Origin: an uncultured Gemmatimonadales bacterium
Lineage (GTDB): Bacteria; Gemmatimonadota; Gemmatimonadetes; Gemmatimonadales; GWC2-71-9
NCBI GenBank assembly: GCA_963825055.1
Contig: CAWGSK010000034.1
Coordinates: 1 to 64,000 of the forward strand
Reading direction: 5' to 3'
Length of the DNA stretch: 64,000 nt
Both the position numbers and the translations under genes were made by a program. Each line of letters begins with the position of its first letter. The stretch's first letter is position 1. The notes below the pieces were generated by a model. The model searched no databases and had not been told where the DNA came from. It saw only the letters and a list, made by a program, of their open reading frames with translations. Shown here in pieces: positions 58,893 through 64,000 of the stretch.

Positions 58893-60419
58893 ATGGGTTC
58901 CTCGCTCGCCTCTTCCACGGGGCGCACCGAACGAGACGACGACGGCCAGGCCAGTCGCGATCCGCTCGCCATCCCGACCGAGGTGAAGGCCAGTATCCGG
59001 ATCCTGGTGGTGGACGATGAGCGCACCCTGCGGGAGAGCTGCGCCAGCGTCCTCCAGATGGACGGCTACAATGTCACGCTGATCGGGCGCGGCGAGGAGG
59101 CCATGGATGCGGTGAAGCGGCGGAAGTTCGACATCATCCTGGTCGACCTTTACATGTCGCAGTGCTCCGGCATGGACATCCTCCGCGCGGCCCTCGGGGC
59201 GAACAAGGACACCATCGTCGTCGTGATGACGGGGAACCCGAGCGTCAGCAGCAGCATCGAGGCGCTCCGGGCCGGGGCCTGGGACTACCTGCCCAAGCCG
59301 TTCTCCGCCACGCACCTCCAGGTGCTGATCGGCCGGGCATCCCATGCGGTGATGGTGGCGCGCGAAACGCAGGACCTCCGCCTCCAGCTCATGAAGAAGC
59401 ACGGCCACAGCGAGAGCGTGGCGCTGATCGGTATCTCGCCCCTCTTCCGCAAGGCCGTAGAGCTCGCGCGGAAGGTGGCGCCGACCGATGCCTCCGTCAT
59501 GATCAGCGGTGAGAGCGGTACCGGCAAGGAGCTCATCGCCCAGTTCATCCACCAGAACTCCCGGCGCGCCAGCCGGACTCTGGTGCCCATCAACTGTGCT
59601 GCCCTCCCCGAGCCGCTGCTCGAGTCCGAGATGTTCGGCCACCGGAAGGGCGCCTTCACCGGGGCCGACCGGGAGAAACCGGGCCTCCTGGAGACGGCCA
59701 ACGGCGGGACCCTCTTCCTGGACGAGCTGACCGAGATGAGCCTGCCCCTCCAGGCGAAGCTCCTGCGGGTCCTGCAGGACGGCGTGGTCCGCCGGGTGGG
59801 CAGCGAGCAGCAGGACGCCGTGGTGGACGTGCGGTTCGTATCCGCTACCAACCGCGATCCGCAGGAGTCGGTGAACGAGGGTGTTCTCCGGAACGACCTC
59901 TTCTATCGCCTGCAGGTGGTGCCGATCAAGCTCCCGCCGCTGCGCAAGCGCCAGGAGGACATCCCGCTGCTGGCGAATCACTTCCTCACGTATTACTGGC
60001 AGCGCCACCGGCAGATGGGCGATCGCGCCCCACGGCTCTCCGAGGGGAGCATCAGCTTCCTCCGGTCCCGGCCCTGGCGCGGGAACGTCCGCGAGCTCCA
60101 GAACGTGATCGAGCACGTTGCGGTCCTGGCCGAGCCGGACCAGACCATCGAGCCAAACGACATTCCGCTCTATGACGAGTCGGACAGCATCCCGACGGAC
60201 AGCGGCCTGCCTGCGGGGGTGATGGACGAGGCCTATCATCCGGCCAAGGACCGCGTGGTCGCGCAGTTCGAGCGGGAGTATCTTACCCGGCTGCTCGGGC
60301 GGGCCGGCGGCAACATGTCAAAGGCCGCGCGGCTGGCCAGCATTGACCGCACGACCCTCTACCGGCTCATGGACAAGCACAAGTTCGAACGCGACTCGAT
60401 CACGGGCAGTTCTGCGTGA
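58893..60419 (+). CDS. sigma54-dependent response regulator (NtrC/PrsR-like REC-AAA+-HTH)
   Basis: LVVDDE, GESGTGKE, ESEMFGH.KGAFTGA, LFLDE, W.GNVREL.N, Fis-type HTH IDRTTLYR. Confidence 0.95.
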   Translation: MGSSLASSTGRTERDDDGQASRDPLAIPTEVKASIRILVVDDERTLRESCASVLQMDGYNVTLIGRGEEAMDAVKRRKFDIILVDLYMSQCSGMDILRAALGANKDTIVVVMTGNPSVSSSIEALRAGAWDYLPKPFSATHLQVLIGRASHAVMVARETQDLRLQLMKKHGHSESVALIGISPLFRKAVELARKVAPTDASVMISGESGTGKELIAQFIHQNSRRASRTLVPINCAALPEPLLESEMFGHRKGAFTGADREKPGLLETANGGTLFLDELTEMSLPLQAKLLRVLQDGVVRRVGSEQQDAVVDVRFVSATNRDPQESVNEGVLRNDLFYRLQVVPIKLPPLRKRQEDIPLLANHFLTYYWQRHRQMGDRAPRLSEGSISFLRSRPWRGNVRELQNVIEHVAVLAEPDQTIEPNDIPLYDESDSIPTDSGLPAGVMDEAYHPAKDRVVAQFEREYLTRLLGRAGGNMSKAARLASIDRTTLYRLMDKHKFERDSITGSSA

Positions 60420-61573
60420 GACGGGACTTCCCCGCGGGGCCCGCCGCCGACGAGCGGACGCGTCCTGCGGGGCGGCGGCCTCCGGAGTCTCCGCGTCTGG
60501 TCCGTCCTCCCCCTGGTCCCGGCGGGGCCGCATTGGCCGAAGTGGTCAATCGGGCCGTCCTGCACGTGCAGGCGGAGTGGCCGATGGTCGAGTCCTCGGA
60601 GCAGATGGCCGAGGATGTCATGCTGCACGCGGGCGTCGTGGGCGAGGCCATCCGCCAGGCCCTCGCCGGTGGGGAGCCGGACCTGGGGGAGGTCACGCGG
60701 CCGCCGCTCGCGCGCCGGCTGGTCGAGCGAATCCGGTCGCGGACCGTCGAACTCCTGAGCCGGCAGCCGGATCCACCAGAGGCCGTGGCGCTGCTCGCGC
60801 TGTTCGCGGCGATGGACCGCGTCATGCTCGCGCTCTCGCCGGAATGGGACCAGGTCTTCGCCGACCGGCTTGCGGGCCCCAGCGGCCTGGAACTGGTGGT
60901 CGAGGTGGCCCATGACATCCGCTCCCCGCTCACCTCGATTCTCTTCCTGGCCGAGACCATCCAGCGGGGCCGGAGCGGCCCGTTGACCGAGATCCAGGAG
61001 CGGCAGATCGGGCTGATGTACAGCGCCGCGTTCGGCCTGAGCGCCATGGCGAGCGACGTCATCGAGCTCGCCCGCGGCGGCGACCGCCTGATCGACCTCG
61101 ACCCGATCCCGTTCTCCGTCACGGACATCCTGGAATCGGTGAAGGACATCATCCTTCCCATCGCGGAGGAGAAGGGCCTGACGGTCCGGCTGGCGCCGCC
61201 CGAGTCCGACTTCCGGATCGGGCACCCCGTAGCGCTCTCCCGGGTGCTGCTCAACCTCACGACCAACTCGCTCAAGTTCACCGACGAGGGCTACGTGGAA
61301 GTCGTCGCGCGCCAGACCACGCGCACCGCCATCGAGTTCTCTGTCCGGGACACGGGGCGGGGCATTCCTGAGAATGCCATGCGCACGCTGTTCGAACCGT
61401 TCCGCCGCCGGCAGAAGGAGGGCGAGTACCGCTTCAGCGGTGCCGGGCTCGGCCTGTCCATCTGCCGGAAGCTGGTGGAGACCATGGGGTCGGAGCTCCG
61501 CGTGGAGACCGCGCCCAACGCCGGTACCCGGTTCTTCTTCGAGCTGGAACTGCCCCTCGCCTCCCAGCTGTAG
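60416..61573 (+). CDS. soluble sensor histidine kinase (HisKA + HATPase_c)
   Basis: AHDIRSPLTSI, NLTTNSLKFT, DTGRGI, FEPF, GAGLGLSI; no obvious TM segment. Confidence 0.88.
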   Translation: MRRDFPAGPAADERTRPAGRRPPESPRLVRPPPGPGGAALAEVVNRAVLHVQAEWPMVESSEQMAEDVMLHAGVVGEAIRQALAGGEPDLGEVTRPPLARRLVERIRSRTVELLSRQPDPPEAVALLALFAAMDRVMLALSPEWDQVFADRLAGPSGLELVVEVAHDIRSPLTSILFLAETIQRGRSGPLTEIQERQIGLMYSAAFGLSAMASDVIELARGGDRLIDLDPIPFSVTDILESVKDIILPIAEEKGLTVRLAPPESDFRIGHPVALSRVLLNLTTNSLKFTDEGYVEVVARQTTRTAIEFSVRDTGRGIPENAMRTLFEPFRRRQKEGEYRFSGAGLGLSICRKLVETMGSELRVETAPNAGTRFFFELELPLASQL

Positions 61574-61580
61574 GCGCGCC

Positions 61581-62666
61581 ATGACCCGGTTCCTGCATAT
61601 CGTGGGCGCGCGCCCCAATTTCATGAAGGCGGCCCCGGTGATCCGCGCCGCGCGCGCGACCGGTGGCGTGTCCCAGCTGCTGGTGCATACCGGCCAGCAC
61701 TATGACGACGCCATGAGCGACGTCTTCTTCCGCGAGTTGGACCTGCCGGCCCCGGACGTGAACCTGGAGGTCGGCAGCGCGACCCACGCCGTCCAGACCG
61801 CCCGGATCATGCTGGCCTTCGAGCCGGTGCTGGAAAAATCGAATCCGGACTGGGTGCTGGTGTACGGCGACGTGAACTCGACCGTGGCCTGTGCCCTGGT
61901 GGCCGCCAAGCGGGGTGTCCGGGTGGCGCACGTGGAGGCTGGTCTCCGGAGCCGGGACCGGACCATGCCGGAGGAGATCAACCGGATCCTGACCGACCAG
62001 CTTGCCGACCTCTGCCTGACACCGAGCCGCGACGGGGACGCCAACCTGCGGGCCGAGGGAGTGCCTGCCGAACGGATCGCCTTTGTCGGGAACGTCATGG
62101 TGGACACGCTGCTGTACCTGCTGGACCGCGCCCGGGGTCGCCGCGCGGCGGAGCAGCTCGGCATGAACGGTGACCGCTACGCGTTCGTCACCCTCCATCG
62201 TCCCGGGAACGTGGACGACCCCGCCATCCTTCGGGAACTGCTCCTGGCACTGGATGACCTCGCCGCCCGCATGCCCGTCGTCTTCCCGATCCATCCGCGC
62301 ACGCGCTCCCGGGTGAAGGAATTCGGCCTGGAGGACCTGACCTCGCGCGTCAGGCTGCTGGACCCGCTTCCCTACCTCGACACGATCTCCCTGGTGGATG
62401 GCGCCGCCATAGTCCTGACCGATTCCGGGGGACTGCAGGAGGAAACCACCGTCCTCGGGGTGCCCTGCCTGACCGCCCGCCCCAACACCGAGCGCCCCAT
62501 CACGGTGGAGGAGGGGACCAACCGCCTGGTGGCCTCGAGCCGCGCCGCGATCGGGGCCGCCGTGCAGGATGTCCTGGCCGGTGCCGAGGGCATCCGGGCC
62601 CGCCGCCCCGAAGGGTGGGATGGCCGCGCTGCCGAGCGCGTGGTCGCCGCCGTCCTCTCCCGCTGA
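61581..62666 (+). CDS. wecB: UDP-N-acetylglucosamine 2-epimerase (non-hydrolysing)
   Basis: GARPNFMK, HTGQHYD, GDVNST, HVEAGLRS, MPEEINR, TDSGGLQEE. Confidence 0.95.
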   Translation: MTRFLHIVGARPNFMKAAPVIRAARATGGVSQLLVHTGQHYDDAMSDVFFRELDLPAPDVNLEVGSATHAVQTARIMLAFEPVLEKSNPDWVLVYGDVNSTVACALVAAKRGVRVAHVEAGLRSRDRTMPEEINRILTDQLADLCLTPSRDGDANLRAEGVPAERIAFVGNVMVDTLLYLLDRARGRRAAEQLGMNGDRYAFVTLHRPGNVDDPAILRELLLALDDLAARMPVVFPIHPRTRSRVKEFGLEDLTSRVRLLDPLPYLDTISLVDGAAIVLTDSGGLQEETTVLGVPCLTARPNTERPITVEEGTNRLVASSRAAIGAAVQDVLAGAEGIRARRPEGWDGRAAERVVAAVLSR

Positions 62667-62754
62667 GGAACCCGCCTCCTTCACTGTCCGCCCTACCCGC
62701 CGCCGCCCCGCCCCGGCTAGATTAGAAGGCTGTTAACGGTGTGGAGGCTTTTAC

Positions 62755-64000
62755 TTGGCATTGCTCCACCTGGGCCGGCTCTTCGAGGAGCAGGCGCGGG
62801 AACAGTCCGGGCGGGACTTTCTGGTTACCGCCGAGCGCCGACTCACCTACGGGCAGGTCGCGTCACAGGTTCGCGCCCTGGCCGCCGCGTTCCAGGGGCT
62901 GGGGATCGGCGCGGGCGACCGCGTGGCGATCAACCTGCCCAACTGGATCGAGTGGGTCGTGTCGGCGCTGGCCTGCGCGCGCCTCGGCGTGACCATGGTT
63001 CCGGTGGATCCGGGCCTGAGCTTTCACGAGTTGAAGTACCAGCTGCGGCACAGCGAGGTGGGAGCGGTCGTGACGGCCGAGTCCTTCGGCGGGGTCGATT
63101 ACATGGACCTCTTCGATGAACTCCTCCCGGAACTGCCGGATCTCCATTTCCTGGTGACCGTTGGCAAGGAAGAGCTGTGGCACGATGACCGGGTCTTCCA
63201 GTTCGAGGACCTGGTCGCGCGGGAGCCGCGCGGCCAACTGCCGCCGGCCGATGACGACCCCGCCGCGCTGCCGCTCGCATTGCTGTACACGTCGGGCACG
63301 ATGGGCAAGCCCAAGGGCGTGGTGCTGTCGCACCAGGCCATTGTGGAGACCGCCCGCCTGACGTCGGAGGCCCTCGATGCCGGGCCGGACGACCGCGCCC
63401 TCGCGGCCGTGCCGTTCTTCTCGGTGTTCGGGGTGAGTATCGTCGTGGGCACCCTGGCCTCCGGCGGTACGCTGGTACTGCAGGAGCGGTTCGAGCCGGG
63501 GGGCGCGCTGGACCTGATGGAGGCGGAGCGGATCACGCTCTGCCACGGTGTCCCCACCATGTTCCAGCTCCTGCAGCGTGATCCCACGTTCGGCCGGCGG
63601 GACCTGTCCGCCGTACGCTCCGGCATTGTCGCCGGCAGCGTGGTCGCAGCCGACCTGATCCGCCGCATCCGGGAATGGTGCGACGTGCAGGTCGCCTACG
63701 GCCTGACCGAGACGGGGCCCACGGTCTCCGTCACCCGCTTCGGCGACCCGGCCGACAAGCGGCTGGAGACCGTGGGCCGCCCGCTGCCGGGCGTGGACGT
63801 GAAGGTGATGGACGTGGCCAGCGGCGTCCTGCATGGCGAGGAAGCGGTGGGGGAGGTGGCCGTGAAAGGTGCCACCCTCATGCACGGCTACCATCGCATG
63901 CCGGGCGAGACGCGGAAATCGATGACACCCGACGGGTACTTCCTCACCGGAGACCTCGCGGTCCTCGACGAGGACGGATACCTGCAGATCGTCGGGCGCC
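62755..64000 (+). CDS. AMP-dependent acyl-CoA synthetase/ligase (partial, runs off the window)
   Basis: GGAGG RBS then [40 protein letters not shown]; absent from the ORF track because no stop codon falls inside the window. Confidence 0.88.
   Translation, partial: MALLHLGRLFEEQAREQSGRDFLVTAERRLTYGQVASQVRALAAAFQGLGIGAGDRVAINLPNWIEWVVSALACARLGVTMVPVDPGLSFHELKYQLRHSEVGAVVTAESFGGVDYMDLFDELLPELPDLHFLVTVGKEELWHDDRVFQFEDLVAREPRGQLPPADDDPAALPLALLYTSGTMGKPKGVVLSHQAIVETARLTSEALDAGPDDRALAAVPFFSVFGVSIVVGTLASGGTLVLQERFEPGGALDLMEAERITLCHGVPTMFQLLQRDPTFGRRDLSAVRSGIVAGSVVAADLIRRIREWCDVQVAYGLTETGPTVSVTRFGDPADKRLETVGRPLPGVDVKVMDVASGVLHGEEAVGEVAVKGATLMHGYHRMPGETRKSMTPDGYFLTGDLAVLDEDGYLQIVGR

Noticed and set aside
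1..64000. rRNA, tRNA, IS/transposase, integrase or defence genes
   Set aside because: No recognisable motifs found by eye; nearly all sequence is accounted for by the listed CDSs

Overview
High-GC bacterial DNA; a Gemmatimonadota-like origin is inferred from gene style and is unverified. Almost the whole window is one cell-surface glycan/exopolysaccharide supercluster of about 50 genes. It contains a Wzx/Wzc/SLBB export set, a priming sugar transferase, an exosortase with EpsI, many GT2/GT4 enzymes, and a lipid-linked-sugar decoration set (UbiA-type polyprenyl-phosphate phosphoribosyltransferase, DPM1-like GT2, flippase-like protein, 4-5 GT-C-like membrane proteins, two related FAD oxidoreductases). 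It also carries a PAPS cassette (cysN-cysQ-cysC-cysD) with no recognisable PAPS reductase or canonical sulfotransferase in the window, five tandem membrane-anchored sulfatase-fold proteins that all have a Thr (WTLP[S/T]H) rather than Cys/Ser-x-P-x-R active site, and a VTC-DUF4956-like-TPR-CotH-metallophosphoesterase operon. Reading the intergenic DNA reveals six correctly oriented sigma54 -24/-12 promoters, a recurrent YGTTG-N8-CAACR palindrome and a recurrent AT-rich 25-bp motif, which suggests a regulon of the resident NtrC-family activator. Six single-base frameshifts look like assembly indel errors. No rRNA, tRNA, CRISPR array or transposase was seen. All product calls come from motifs read by eye, not from database searches.
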